DNA of 64,000 nt, taken from the IMG/VR virus record IMGVR_UViG_3300037419_001521, one strand, 5' to 3'. The DNA is from a virus. Lineage: Duplodnaviria; Heunggongvirae; Uroviricota; Caudoviricetes. Positions 35,594 to 45,311 of the stretch are shown piece after piece (within the stretch, counting starts at the first letter, position 1; every line of letters begins with the position of its first letter). Below the pieces are notes generated by a model. That model did no database searches, was not told the DNA's origin, and saw only the letters and a program-made list of their open reading frames with translations. A program made the translations under genes and the position numbers.

Positions 35594-35802
35594 TGTCCGA
35601 TACCAACCAGCCGCGTATGGAGCGCCTCGGCGCAATTATCCGCACCGACGAGCACACCGACATCGAAGTAATGGCCTCGGCGGTGATGTCTCTTATCATC
35701 GCGTCGCAGATTCTCGGGGATATGACACCGCAAGAAATCGCTGAAGCCGCAGCCATCGCGCTCGTGGAAAAAGGCGGCTTTCACAGAAGGCAGTACTGCT
35801 GA
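35593..35802 (+). CDS. hypothetical protein
   Basis: 69-aa ORF. Confidence 0.4.
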   Translation: MSDTNQPRMERLGAIIRTDEHTDIEVMASAVMSLIIASQILGDMTPQEIAEAAAIALVEKGGFHRRQYC

Positions 35803-35969
35803 TGATGAATGAACAAGTGCACGTCGACTTCAATATCTCGACAACAGCCGGAAGTGTCAATGTGACGCACAACTTCACGGCCACCAGTAAAGACGAAATG
35901 GGTAAGCAGCTCCACCGGCTGTATTGGCAGATCCGGGATGCACTTCGACTCGAGGACGCGGGATTGTGA
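35802..35969 (+). CDS. small hypothetical protein (55 aa)
   Basis: Fills the gap. Overlaps its neighbours. Confidence 0.3.
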   Translation: MMNEQVHVDFNISTTAGSVNVTHNFTATSKDEMGKQLHRLYWQIRDALRLEDAGL

Positions 35970-36217
35970 AGCTTTACATCTACGAATACGTCGGCGGGAT
36001 CTCCAGTAGTTACCACGATGGCGGCGGCCTGGTCATCATCACCGACCGTGATCCGGCTGACGTCTGGCGCGAGCATGTCGGCCCGGCGAAATCGTCGTCG
36101 AGTTCCTACGACCTGGACCCGGAAACGCTGGTGGGCAAAACGCCGGATCTGGTGCTGGATATCGGTGATCAGTCGCCCGAACGGATCTTCATCTTCCCCG
36201 ACGCGGGGTGCTGCTGA
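35966..36217 (+). CDS. hypothetical protein
   Basis: GTGA overlap start. Confidence 0.35.
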   Translation: MKLYIYEYVGGISSSYHDGGGLVIITDRDPADVWREHVGPAKSSSSSYDLDPETLVGKTPDLVLDIGDQSPERIFIFPDAGCC

Positions 36218-36396
36218 TGGACGAGGCCACCTACACCGTCAACTACTACGTCGAGGAATCCCGCAGCGTTCATATCCGAGTCGACCTCGGGCCGGATGAA
36301 GGCGAAGCCGAAGCGATTGCTTTCCGCGACGAAGTGTACCCCGGCTGTTCTTTGTTCAAACAGGAATTGTGGCACAAATACACAGAGGTGGTATGA
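36217..36396 (+). CDS. hypothetical protein
   Basis: Short ORF ahead of the nuclease gene. Confidence 0.3.
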   Translation: MDEATYTVNYYVEESRSVHIRVDLGPDEGEAEAIAFRDEVYPGCSLFKQELWHKYTEVV

Positions 36397-37193
36397 CAGA
36401 CGAATTCGATTCAGTTCTCAACGTCGACGGCGCGGAAGATGCTGCGTTGCTGGAGGACATCAAGCAATTCATCCTCGACGCGGAGGCAAACAAGCCTCGG
36501 TCTCTGCAACGGACACCTGGTTGTTCGGAAGTTGGCCATCCGTGTCAACGGAAGCTCGCTTACCTGATCAACGCATCGCGCCGCGACAACACCGAGTTCC
36601 GGGGGATCAACCGGTTTTCCGATCCGATGCCCGCGATCTTCGGTACAGCGATGCACACCTGGCTCGAAGACGCGGTGCAGGTAGCCAACGAACGACTCGG
36701 GCGGCTGCGGTGGATTCCCGAAGTGAAGGTGGAGGTCCGGCCAGGACTGCCGGGTACGTGCGACTTGTACGACCTGGACACCCAATCGGTACTCGACTAC
36801 AAAGTCCTCGGCAAAACCAGCTACGACAAAGTGGCCAAGTACGGGGTCTCGCCGACGTATCGGGCGCAGCGGCATTTATACGGGCGCGGGTATAAAAACC
36901 TCGGGATGCCGGTCAAGTACGTCGGCAACATCATCCTCTCCCGGACCGGGACGCTGCGGCAGATGTTCCTCGACCGAGAGCCGTACGACGACGCGTATGT
37001 AGACGAGATCCTGACTCGCATCGACGACACCGAGCGGTTGATGGCTGACAAGGATATCGAAAACGATCCGCGCGGCTTCCTGGAAATTCCGATCACTCCG
37101 GGTGACGACTGCCAATACTGCGGGTGGTGGTCACTCAATCCGACCGGCTATTTCCAGTGCGGCGGCAAGCAGGAAATGAGGAAGGCGGCATGA
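36393..37193 (+). CDS. Cas4/RecB-family PD-(D/E)xK exonuclease with C-terminal Cys cluster
   Basis: GCSEVGHPCQRKL...DLYDLD...LDYK plus C-terminal CQYCGWW...C, as in Cas4-like phage exonucleases. Confidence 0.6.
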   Translation: MTDEFDSVLNVDGAEDAALLEDIKQFILDAEANKPRSLQRTPGCSEVGHPCQRKLAYLINASRRDNTEFRGINRFSDPMPAIFGTAMHTWLEDAVQVANERLGRLRWIPEVKVEVRPGLPGTCDLYDLDTQSVLDYKVLGKTSYDKVAKYGVSPTYRAQRHLYGRGYKNLGMPVKYVGNIILSRTGTLRQMFLDREPYDDAYVDEILTRIDDTERLMADKDIENDPRGFLEIPITPGDDCQYCGWWSLNPTGYFQCGGKQEMRKAA

Positions 37194-37351
37194 AGCGCCC
37201 GTACACCGTTGACGAGATCACCGAAGGGCGCAACTGGCTGATCGGTTTTCGCGACCGGTTGATGGACGAGTGGCCTGACACCGCTCACGAAACGAAGATC
37301 ACGACCGACATTATCGCGATGCTGCACGAATTGATGGCGACGAAGCAATGA
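37190..37351 (+). CDS. small hypothetical protein
   Basis: ATGA overlap. Confidence 0.35.
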   Translation: MKRPYTVDEITEGRNWLIGFRDRLMDEWPDTAHETKITTDIIAMLHELMATKQ

Positions 37352-37527
37352 CGCCGTGGGATGCCGTAGGGCTGACACTCCTCGTGTATCTCGCCGCGAT
37401 CGGGCTGGATGTGATCGTTGTACGCGTACTACTGAAATTCAGTCGGCGTAAACAACCGCGCGTGCAACCGAATGTCGTGCATCTCGACGATTGGCGTAAT
37501 CGCAGTGATCCTCCGAAATCCAGCTGA
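37348..37527 (+). CDS. small membrane protein (59 aa)
   Basis: ATGA overlap. One TM (GLTLLVYLAAIGLDVIVV). Confidence 0.35.
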   Translation: MTPWDAVGLTLLVYLAAIGLDVIVVRVLLKFSRRKQPRVQPNVVHLDDWRNRSDPPKSS

Positions 37528-37623
37528 AAGCGAACCGGAAATAGGTGTGGCAGTCTTCGAATTGAGGGCGAAAACACTTTCCCAGAGTGCCCTTGTAAAC
37601 AAGTAGGGAGAAAGAAAAAAAGT

Positions 37624-38271
37624 ATGACCAATCCGGCCAGTGAAAATAACGACTTCGATACCCTGTTGATGGGTATGAAGGGGGACCCTGCCGTCAAGTT
37701 CCCCACCCCCGGCTCTTTTGTCGAGGGTACGGTCGTGGCGAAAGAGGCGGCACCGAAGCGGAAGTTCAACCGCAACCCGAACGCCCCGGTGGAGTACGAA
37801 CTGTACAAGACCGGTCCGAACCAGGGTCAGCCGATCAAGGAATTGATTGTCACCCTCCAGACCGCGTTGCGCGATCCGGCAATCGAGAACGATCGTGGCC
37901 TGCGGCGGGTGTTCTTCCCGTTCCAGATGCAGCAGGAGCTTGCCAAGGCGGTCAAGGCCGCAAACGGTCAGGGTCTGCCGATCGGGGCCTTCCTTCGGAT
38001 CGTGTTCACGCACGAGATTCCGTCTCAGGGTGGCGGTTCCCCGCGTAAGGAGTACAGCGTCGAGTACCGCGCCCCCGAGGACCAGATGATCGCTCAGACC
38101 CCGACTCCGGCCCCGGTTCAGCAGCAGGTGTACCAGGCTCCGGTTCAGCACACCCCCTCGGTCGTCACTCCTCCGGCGGGTTCGGCGCAGGCGGTTCCGG
38201 CTCTTCCGCAGCTGTCCCCCGAGTTGCTTGCGGCTTTGCAGGCTTCGGGCGTGACCATTCCGGGTCAGTAA
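37624..38271 (+). CDS. hypothetical protein with Pro/Gln-rich tail (possible ssDNA-binding/annealing partner of the nuclease)
   Basis: Very strong RBS (GGGAGAAAGAAAAAAAGT). 215 aa. No motif recognised. Confidence 0.45.
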   Translation: MTNPASENNDFDTLLMGMKGDPAVKFPTPGSFVEGTVVAKEAAPKRKFNRNPNAPVEYELYKTGPNQGQPIKELIVTLQTALRDPAIENDRGLRRVFFPFQMQQELAKAVKAANGQGLPIGAFLRIVFTHEIPSQGGGSPRKEYSVEYRAPEDQMIAQTPTPAPVQQQVYQAPVQHTPSVVTPPAGSAQAVPALPQLSPELLAALQASGVTIPGQ

Positions 38272-38378
38272 TTATTTCTATTTCTGATTGATCGGTTTTC
38301 CCGGTTCCGCAGATTGTGCGGCGAGGTTCGCGACCTGACCGGGAAGCAACTCCTCTTCAACCAATCAACGGAGTAGTC

Positions 38379-38549
38379 ATGCCTCGGTGCAGCGCGTCGG
38401 AATACAACCTCGAATGCATCCTGTCGGACGGTCACGGCGGTAAACACGTCGCGCACGACAACGACAACGACGGAGCGCTCGTTTTGTTCGACGACGACTT
38501 CACCCGCGCAATCAACTATCTCCTCAACGGAAAGGACTGGCCCGCATGA
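38379..38549 (+). CDS. small hypothetical protein
   Basis: GGAGTAGTC RBS. Confidence 0.35.
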   Translation: MPRCSASEYNLECILSDGHGGKHVAHDNDNDGALVLFDDDFTRAINYLLNGKDWPA

Positions 38550-38917
38550 CAGACCCGGTGAACCATCCCCCGCACTACCTCTCCGGCCGATTCGGTGTCG
38601 AGTGCATCGAATTCTCGCGGTATATGACTTTCCCCGCCGGAAACGCTTTCAAGTACATCTGGCGGCACGCCGATAAAGGCAATCCGGTGCAGGACCTGGA
38701 GAAGGCGCTCGTATACCTCGAATGGGCTCGCGACGACTACGCCAACGGTTGCACGAATCCCGTCCTGTCGGACTACGAGCAGCACGTCCGGATTATGGCC
38801 GAGAAGTACCTGACCGGCACCGACAATACTGTGTACGCCGCGTTGAACTTCATCTGGGACGGAGCGCTCTGGAATGCGGCTGACTGCGTCAAGAAAGAGC
38901 TGGACCGGCTGCGGTGA
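38546..38917 (+). CDS. hypothetical protein
   Basis: 123-aa ORF. Confidence 0.45.
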   Translation: MTDPVNHPPHYLSGRFGVECIEFSRYMTFPAGNAFKYIWRHADKGNPVQDLEKALVYLEWARDDYANGCTNPVLSDYEQHVRIMAEKYLTGTDNTVYAALNFIWDGALWNAADCVKKELDRLR

Positions 38918-39075
38918 AGGTATGGGGCGGTGAACTCGACCGCGAAGCCTCGCTTGTGAATGCCGCCCGCGCGTTTGTCGACTGTTTGTATGAATTCGGA
39001 ACGTCGACCCGGCAGACAGCACAGGCTTTCGAGCAACTGGAACTAGCACTGGAATTGTATGAGGACAACAAATGA
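38914..39075 (+). CDS. small hypothetical protein
   Basis: GTGA overlap. Confidence 0.3.
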   Translation: MKVWGGELDREASLVNAARAFVDCLYEFGTSTRQTAQAFEQLELALELYEDNK

Positions 39076-39275
39076 TTGACATCGACGAAGCCGCCGCGAA
39101 CGTGGTGATCGACCACCTCCGAAGCGATCTCGAATTCTGCGACGTATACGAAGACGACCGATACGCCGACCTCGACAACGATACTCAGCGAGAGATCCAC
39201 GGCCGGGCGATCGAGATCATGTCCGGGCTTGCCGACGCTATCCGCGAGGGTGAAATCGATCTCGGGTATTTCTGA
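39072..39275 (+). CDS. hypothetical acidic protein
   Basis: 67-aa ORF. Confidence 0.4.
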   Translation: MIDIDEAAANVVIDHLRSDLEFCDVYEDDRYADLDNDTQREIHGRAIEIMSGLADAIREGEIDLGYF

Positions 39276-39496
39276 TGGATCAATCTGATATCGCGATGGC
39301 GGCAATCGAACTGATCCGCAACGAACTCAACAACACAATCCAGACGCTGCAATTCCGGCAGTCGCTCGGGGTGGAACCGGACGAAGACGAGACGATCGCT
39401 ATGGCTATCGAAAAGTTCTTCACCCCGGCGCTCGAGCAGATCGAGACGTGGAAGCAGGTACTGACGGTGCTGAAACATCTCGAAGAGGGTGAATGA
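39275..39496 (+). CDS. hypothetical protein
   Basis: 73-aa ORF. Confidence 0.4.
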   Translation: MDQSDIAMAAIELIRNELNNTIQTLQFRQSLGVEPDEDETIAMAIEKFFTPALEQIETWKQVLTVLKHLEEGE

Positions 39497-39741
39497 AGAA
39501 ACGTGAACTGATCGCGCTGCTCGAAGACTACGCGTCCATCTCGGAACACAACCGGGACATCGCCGAGCATTACCGCGATCTAGCCGAACGTCGAGGGTTG
39601 GTGCTGCTGAAGGTGTGGCTGCTCGCCGAGACGGTCGAAGACAAAACGCTTGCCAACGAAATCCGGATGACGATGATGGGTGAGATCCTGCCTGACGCGC
39701 TGATCATCCACGAGCAACCGGACGACGAAGAGGACGAGTAA
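39493..39741 (+). CDS. hypothetical protein
   Basis: 82-aa ORF. Confidence 0.4.
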   Translation: MKKRELIALLEDYASISEHNRDIAEHYRDLAERRGLVLLKVWLLAETVEDKTLANEIRMTMMGEILPDALIIHEQPDDEEDE

Positions 39742-40544
39742 TGACCGTGTGGGCCGATCTCAATCCGACGAAGATCGCGGTGTCCGGCGACTGGCACGGC
39801 AATCAGCACTTCGCGAAGCGGGCGATCGAATACGCGAAAAACCAAGGCGCGGAAGCAATCCTGCACGTCGGCGACTTCGGATACACGTTCAGCCGGAAGT
39901 TCATGTCGGGCGTCGACTACGCGCTCGTGCGGGCGGGTCTTCCTCTGGCGTTCGCGGACGGCAACCACGAAAACCACGAACTGCTGAACAACCTGGTCGA
40001 CGCGTACTCCGACATGAACGGCGGGCAGCTCGGCGCAATCCAGTGGCGGGGAAGCGCCAACGTCTTCTATCTGCCGCGTACGTTCCGGTGGGAGTGGTCG
40101 GGGGTGCGGTTCCTGGCCCTGGGTGGCGCGCATTCCGTCGATCGACAGTGGCGGACCCCTGGTGTCGAGTGGTGGCCGGACGAACGAATCTCGTGGCGGC
40201 AAGCGCAGAACGCAGCCATGGGCGGCCCGGCGGACGTGATGATCTGCCACGACGTCCCGGCTGGTGTCGACATCCCGTGGATCGGAGGCAACCCGCTCGG
40301 CTTTCCGCCGGAGGACCTGATTCAGGCTGAGAACCACCGCGAGCTGCTGCGGAGCGTCGTCGACTACGTCCAGCCGAAGGTTTTGTACGCCGGGCACTAC
40401 CACGGGCGGCTGACCGCTGAACTTCCCGGCACGACAGTGGAAATCCTCGACATGGACCGCGACCCGATCAGCAACAACACCGTCATCGTCGACCTCGAAA
40501 GCCTGAAGGAAAGACATGAAGAAACGCCTGACCAAGTTCGGTAA
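39741..40544 (+). CDS. calcineurin-like metallophosphoesterase
   Basis: GDWHG...GDFGY...GNHENH...GHYHG motifs. Confidence 0.65.
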   Translation: MTVWADLNPTKIAVSGDWHGNQHFAKRAIEYAKNQGAEAILHVGDFGYTFSRKFMSGVDYALVRAGLPLAFADGNHENHELLNNLVDAYSDMNGGQLGAIQWRGSANVFYLPRTFRWEWSGVRFLALGGAHSVDRQWRTPGVEWWPDERISWRQAQNAAMGGPADVMICHDVPAGVDIPWIGGNPLGFPPEDLIQAENHRELLRSVVDYVQPKVLYAGHYHGRLTAELPGTTVEILDMDRDPISNNTVIVDLESLKERHEETPDQVR

Positions 40545-40617
40545 CGCGGTATGCGACGTCCTCGAAGACGGCCTGGACCTTATCGCTATCGCTCTGCTGT
40601 TCCTGCGGGGTGAGTGA
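40516..40617 (+). CDS. 33-aa membrane peptide
   Basis: AAGGAAAGAC RBS. Hydrophobic C-terminus. Overlaps both neighbours. Confidence 0.25.
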   Translation: MKKRLTKFGNAVCDVLEDGLDLIAIALLFLRGE

Positions 40618-40991
40618 TGAGCGTTCCTCCGTGGATGAGCTTGCTGCTGGCCCGGCCGAACGACTCGGTGGCATCGGACTTCGAAATGGCGCAAGCGATG
40701 CGGCTCCGGGAGATAGCTCTGCCGCCGGATATGCGGATGACCGGACCGAAACGAGAACTCCGCGACGCTATCCTCGCCCGGAAACTGATGAGCGAAGGCG
40801 ACCCGGTGTATCCCGACGACCCGCTGCGGACGATCAGAGAGATGTGCGAACGCAACGACGCGCGGATCGTGCTGAAGAACCGGATCGAAGACCTATCCGA
40901 ATGGATGGCCGAAGAGGATGTCGCGCGCTGCGAGGAAGTAGCCCGGACTATCTATTCGTGGACAGCTACCGCACGCCGGGTCGGTCGATGA
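40617..40991 (+). CDS. hypothetical protein
   Basis: 124-aa ORF. Confidence 0.4.
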   Translation: MSVPPWMSLLLARPNDSVASDFEMAQAMRLREIALPPDMRMTGPKRELRDAILARKLMSEGDPVYPDDPLRTIREMCERNDARIVLKNRIEDLSEWMAEEDVARCEEVARTIYSWTATARRVGR

Positions 40992-41170
40992 CAGGGCTGG
41001 ACGCGTTTCTCCGTAAATGGTTCTCCACGTGGGAGGGATCTCTGTGGCGCACGCGGTACTTGTGTACGTACTTATGCACCGACCCCGCAGCTTCGGAAGA
41101 AATCCTCATGGAAGAACTGGCGTGGGTCGCCAACGATCATTTCGCCGAATGGAACGAAGAGGGTGAATGA
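40988..41170 (+). CDS. small hypothetical protein
   Basis: ATGA overlap. Confidence 0.35.
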   Translation: MTGLDAFLRKWFSTWEGSLWRTRYLCTYLCTDPAASEEILMEELAWVANDHFAEWNEEGE

Positions 41171-41481
41171 AGACATGCTCGAAATGCGGGATAGCCAAAC
41201 CGGTCGAGGATTTCGCGTGGACGAAGAACAACAACGGGCGGCTGCGACGCGGGCAATGCAAACCGTGTGTCAATGAACGCAGCCGCCGCTACACCCGAAG
41301 CGCGAGGGTCAATCCCATCCGCAGGGCTGATGTAGAAGATGAATACGCCTGGGCTGTGACGATCTTGGGCTGGTCGCATGAACGAGCGTTGGAATGGCTG
41401 CGGAAAGCGTGCGACGTCCCGATGAACACCCTGGAGGAATGGGAATTGAAAGTACCTACCGAGTGGTCGTATGTCGACTAA
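41167..41481 (+). CDS. zinc-finger protein
   Basis: CSKCG...CKPC motifs. Confidence 0.45.
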   Translation: MKTCSKCGIAKPVEDFAWTKNNNGRLRRGQCKPCVNERSRRYTRSARVNPIRRADVEDEYAWAVTILGWSHERALEWLRKACDVPMNTLEEWELKVPTEWSYVD

Positions 41482-41911
41482 AAAGCGGATTCGCGGCGAC
41501 GGTGTCGAACTTGCCTGCACGCGATGCGAGCGCCGACTTCCGCACGATCAGTTCGCCGACGTCAAAACGCGCGGAAGGGTGTACGTCGACTCGTATTGCC
41601 GGGAATGCCAATCTATCGCCAGGCGTGAACGGTGGCAGAAATACTCGGCTGCACACCCGCCCGAAAAGAAAACCAAAGGCGGTCAACCGGCGTGCGTGCG
41701 ATACGACTACGCGATAGCTCGGCTGTTTTTGGATTACACCAACGACCAAGCGATTGCGTGGCTGGCTCGAGGATATAACAAGCTGCCCGAAACGATCGCG
41801 AAATGGGTCGACGGCGTGGACTACACGAAAGAACTGGAATGGCTGAATACCGATGTCGGGAATGATGCGCTCACGGACGACGGGGTGCAGGTGTTGCGGA
41901 CCGTGGGGTAA
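41471..41911 (+). CDS. zinc-finger protein
   Basis: CTRCE...CREC motifs. Confidence 0.45.
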   Translation: MSTKKRIRGDGVELACTRCERRLPHDQFADVKTRGRVYVDSYCRECQSIARRERWQKYSAAHPPEKKTKGGQPACVRYDYAIARLFLDYTNDQAIAWLARGYNKLPETIAKWVDGVDYTKELEWLNTDVGNDALTDDGVQVLRTVG

Positions 41912-42064
41912 TGAACGGGCTGTCGAAAAGCGGTGGTGGCAACGGTGGCGACGCGAGTATGAAACACGCCAAGACAACGAACTCTGCGACGAGTGCCCGC
42001 GAGACCTGCGCGGTTGCCCGCCCGACACCAACGACTGCTGCACCACTCATCGAGAGGAGAACCC

Positions 42065-42289
42065 GTGAAATACAAGAATCTCGTCAAGCTCTACGACGCG
42101 TGGTGGAAAGACCCATCGATCCTCGACGACCTGCCGTACGACGAAGTTGTGGAATACCTCGACCGCGCGCTGTACGTCATCTCGGAGATCCGGCGCATCG
42201 AAAAGCGTACCGAAGATGCCGCGAAGGAACTCGACAACGCCCAGCAGGCAATCGCCGAAGCGGTCGGATACATGAGGGCCGAGCGATGA
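42065..42289 (+). CDS. hypothetical protein
   Basis: GTG start after a GAGAGGAGAACCC RBS. Confidence 0.4.
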   Translation: MKYKNLVKLYDAWWKDPSILDDLPYDEVVEYLDRALYVISEIRRIEKRTEDAAKELDNAQQAIAEAVGYMRAER

Positions 42290-42362
42290 TTATCGGCTGG
42301 GACACCGACGTATGGTTCGACGCCGACGATCCGAACGAATACGACTGGGGTGAAGACGACGA

Positions 42363-43031
42363 ATGAGCCGCACCTGGGTTACCTCCGACCTGCACATCTC
42401 ACACCGTGCCCTGGCCAAGCTGCGGGGATTCGACTCGACTGACGAAGGTATCGCCGCACACGACGCCGCTCTGGCCGCGAACTGGGATGCGCGTATCGGC
42501 CCGAAGGATCGAGTAAAGGTGCTCGGCGATATCTGCCTGGGCGGCAAGGGGTTGCGGGCTGACCGTATCGCGCTGAAGTGGATCTCCGAGCGGCCGGGAA
42601 TCATCGACCTCATACCCGGCAACCACGACTCGGTTCACCCGCTGCACTCCGGGGCGCACAAATACCTGCGGATGTACCTCGAAGTGTTCGAAACGGTGCA
42701 GCAGTCGGCGATCATGAAGATCAACGGCCACCGGGTGTGGTTGTCGCACTTCCCTTTCGCCGGAACTGGTGATCACACCTTCGAAGAGCGCTACACCGCC
42801 TGGAGGTTCCCGCAAATCCCCGGTCAGTTCCTCCTTCATGGTCACACCCACTCGAGCGAGAAGCGGCGCGGCCGGATGATCCACGTCGGACTGGATGCGT
42901 GGGATCTGTGCCCGGTGCCGCTGGACGCGATCGAAAAACTGATGCAGGAAGCTATCGACGAAGAGCGGGAATGGAACGTGGTCAGCAGGAGAGCGACCGT
43001 AGGAATGTTCGACGGAATCAGCGAACCGTAA
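42363..43031 (+). CDS. metallophosphoesterase (second copy, divergent sequence)
   Basis: SDLH...GDICLGG...GNHDS...GHTHS motifs. Confidence 0.6.
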   Translation: MSRTWVTSDLHISHRALAKLRGFDSTDEGIAAHDAALAANWDARIGPKDRVKVLGDICLGGKGLRADRIALKWISERPGIIDLIPGNHDSVHPLHSGAHKYLRMYLEVFETVQQSAIMKINGHRVWLSHFPFAGTGDHTFEERYTAWRFPQIPGQFLLHGHTHSSEKRRGRMIHVGLDAWDLCPVPLDAIEKLMQEAIDEEREWNVVSRRATVGMFDGISEP

Positions 43032-43270
43032 TGGCTGACTTCGAAATCCACGGCAACAACATAGACGGCGTCACGATCTCCTGGGGCGACTCGAAACGAC
43101 AATTCGAGGTCTACCACGCCGAGATTCATGCCGGGCCTGTTTCCGACAGACCGTATCACTGGGCCACCACCAGCCCGATGCCCTACAAGCAAATCATCAC
43201 GCTCGACGTCCGTGAAATCCGCGAACCGACCAACCCCGAGGTCACCAGCGAAGGAATATGGCTGCATTGA
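43031..43270 (+). CDS. hypothetical protein
   Basis: 79 aa. Confidence 0.4.
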   Translation: MADFEIHGNNIDGVTISWGDSKRQFEVYHAEIHAGPVSDRPYHWATTSPMPYKQIITLDVREIREPTNPEVTSEGIWLH

Positions 43271-44073
43271 ACAAGCATTCGAAGCCGGAATTCCGGCAGA
43301 TAGCGTTCGACAATCTCGCGCTGCTCGGTCAGGTCGGGTCGGGGCTGCACGGCGTCACTACCGGTAATGACGACCGCGACGAAATGGGCGTGTGCGTCGA
43401 ACCGCCGGAGTACGTGATCGGCAACGCGCCATTCGAGCAGTACCTTTTCCGCACCCAACCAGAAGGTGTCCGTTCCGGTGTAGGTGATCTCGACCTCGTT
43501 GTCTATAGCTTGCGGAAATGGGCTCGACTGGCCGCGCAAGGTAATCCCACGGTATTGCTTCTGCTCTACCTTCCCTCATCCGAGATTGTCCACGTCAACC
43601 ACATCGGCTGCGACTTGCAAAATCGGTCGGAGATGTTTATGTCTCGGCAGGTCGCGGCGCGGTTCGGCGGGTACTTGGTGTCGCAGCGCGACCAGCTGCT
43701 CGGGTTGAAGTCGAAAAAGCACACCAACCGCCCGGAATTGGTCGATGAATACGGATTCGATACCAAGTTCGCTTATCATATGGTCCGTTTGGGGATTCAA
43801 GGCGTCGAATTGCTGACCACCGGCAAGATTACCCTGCCTATCCCGGAACCGCATCACACTTGGCTGCTCGACCTGCGTAACGGCAAGCACACCAAACAAG
43901 AGGCTCTGGACGCGGCGGAATGCCTCCTCGACGAGCTGGAGCACCTGGAACTCCACGCCGACCTTCCCGAGCACCCCGACTATGCCGCTATCAACCGGTG
44001 GCTCACCCAGACCTACATCGATTGGTGGGAGCTGAAAGGGTCGGCGTGGCGCACTGCCCGAAATGCGGCCTAG
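43258..44073 (+). CDS. Pol-beta superfamily nucleotidyltransferase
   Basis: GSGLHG(x8)DDRDEMG is the classical [GS]..D.D NTase motif. Confidence 0.55.
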   Translation: MAALNKHSKPEFRQIAFDNLALLGQVGSGLHGVTTGNDDRDEMGVCVEPPEYVIGNAPFEQYLFRTQPEGVRSGVGDLDLVVYSLRKWARLAAQGNPTVLLLLYLPSSEIVHVNHIGCDLQNRSEMFMSRQVAARFGGYLVSQRDQLLGLKSKKHTNRPELVDEYGFDTKFAYHMVRLGIQGVELLTTGKITLPIPEPHHTWLLDLRNGKHTKQEALDAAECLLDELEHLELHADLPEHPDYAAINRWLTQTYIDWWELKGSAWRTARNAA

Positions 44074-44273
44074 CGGTCATCGAATCGACTCTGCCGAACG
44101 GGCATCAGCTCATCCTCGAATCTGCGCCACATCCAGACGGGCAAGTGCTGTCGATCAACGGCGGTGCGACATTCCTCGACGGCCCGACTCTCGCTGAAGC
44201 CCGCCGGGTGGGTCTGCCGGTGTACCGCCGCCACAACGTGTTCTGCCGGGAAATCTACAAAAGGATCGACTAA
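44046..44273 (+). CDS. zinc-ribbon protein
   Basis: CPKCG...C motif. Start uncertain (GTG). Confidence 0.35.
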   Translation: MAHCPKCGLAVIESTLPNGHQLILESAPHPDGQVLSINGGATFLDGPTLAEARRVGLPVYRRHNVFCREIYKRID

Positions 44274-44416
44274 TGAAGTCTCGCCCGATCGCCGCCGATC
44301 TCGCAGCGGTGGTCATTCCAGTCGCGTTGGTGCTCTTCACATTTCATCTTTTCTGGCTGCTACTCATCGCCGGATATTTCGTCGGGGTCGTCGCCCAGGC
44401 CCCTATGGAGGAATGA
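44273..44416 (+). CDS. 47-aa membrane peptide
   Basis: Hydrophobic (VIPVALVLFTFHLFWLLLIAGYFVGVV). Confidence 0.3.
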   Translation: MKSRPIAADLAAVVIPVALVLFTFHLFWLLLIAGYFVGVVAQAPMEE

Positions 44417-44712
44417 TGCTCGACCAGCTCTTCCCTGAGAGCGACAGGTGCCCGAACTGCCTGAACAGCACATGGCACGGCACACCGAAATTCTCGCACT
44501 ACTCCCCCTCGGGCGGCGTGGTCTGCCCTGGATCGCATGTGTTCGTCGTCGACTACGGCAAGGCGCGACTGACACCGGAGGGTGAATTGATCACCGAAAT
44601 CGGAGACCTGATCGTCCACCACATCGCCAACGTCTCCAACGGAATCAAAGTTGCTCCGTATCAGGCGGCCACCGACATCATCGGCAAATACCGCGTCGAA
44701 AGGAAGAAATGA
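44416..44712 (+). CDS. hypothetical protein
   Basis: 98 aa. Confidence 0.4.
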   Translation: MLDQLFPESDRCPNCLNSTWHGTPKFSHYSPSGGVVCPGSHVFVVDYGKARLTPEGELITEIGDLIVHHIANVSNGIKVAPYQAATDIIGKYRVERKK

Positions 44713-45026
44713 GCGTCAAACAAAACCTGCGTGCCGCGAAGCAACTGATCATCGACAAAGGGTGGGCGCAGGGGGTCTACCAAAATGAGGAAGGCTGCTT
44801 CTGCATGGTCGGTGCCGTCCGAGTAGCTATGGGCATTACCGCCTATGACGCCCAGGAAGGGCCGATGGAACCGCCTGAAATCAGGGCGATAGTTCGGGGC
44901 CTCCGAGGTATGGGTAAGCCGATCGACTGGTCCGGCGACATTATCGACTGGAACGACGCGCCGGGGCGCACCGAGCGTGAAGTCCTCGAACTGTTCGACG
45001 AAGCGATCCGCATTGCAGACGAATGA
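44709..45026 (+). CDS. hypothetical protein
   Basis: 105 aa. Confidence 0.45.
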   Translation: MSVKQNLRAAKQLIIDKGWAQGVYQNEEGCFCMVGAVRVAMGITAYDAQEGPMEPPEIRAIVRGLRGMGKPIDWSGDIIDWNDAPGRTEREVLELFDEAIRIADE

Positions 45027-45142
45027 CATCGAATGGTACGGCGCGGAAGCCGGGGTTTTCCTCGATCGGTTGCAGCTGCGCGTACTCGAAACGATGAACC
45101 CGACTATCAACCCGCTCCGCGTAATCGACCGGATAGCCGAAT

Positions 45143-45310
45143 ATGACCGATAGATACATCATCCGGAAGACGAAAGCGCTGCTGCCGTGGCGAGTGACCA
45201 CTCCGGGCGGCACCACATTCAATTCCCCGACCCACGCGCATGCCGTCGAGATCATCGATCATCTGCTCGGCTTCTATCACGCGCACCGCCGCAGTCACCA
45301 GAAGGGGTGA
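45143..45310 (+). CDS. small hypothetical protein (55 aa)
   Basis: Protein-like translation filling a gap. Also a possible 46-aa ORF at 45013-45153 with a TTG start. Confidence 0.25.
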   Translation: MTDRYIIRKTKALLPWRVTTPGGTTFNSPTHAHAVEIIDHLLGFYHAHRRSHQKG

Positions 45311-45311
45311 A

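Noticed and set aside
37624-38271. Calling the 215-aa protein an SSB or RecT/Erf annealase
   Set aside because: Its position next to the Cas4-like nuclease is suggestive, but I could recognise no OB-fold or RecT motif, so I kept it hypothetical.
41853-42068. Cys-rich 71-aa ORF overlapping the end of the 41471 gene
   Set aside because: It ends in the typical GTGA overlap with the next gene but has no plausible start codon after 41911, so I left it uncalled.
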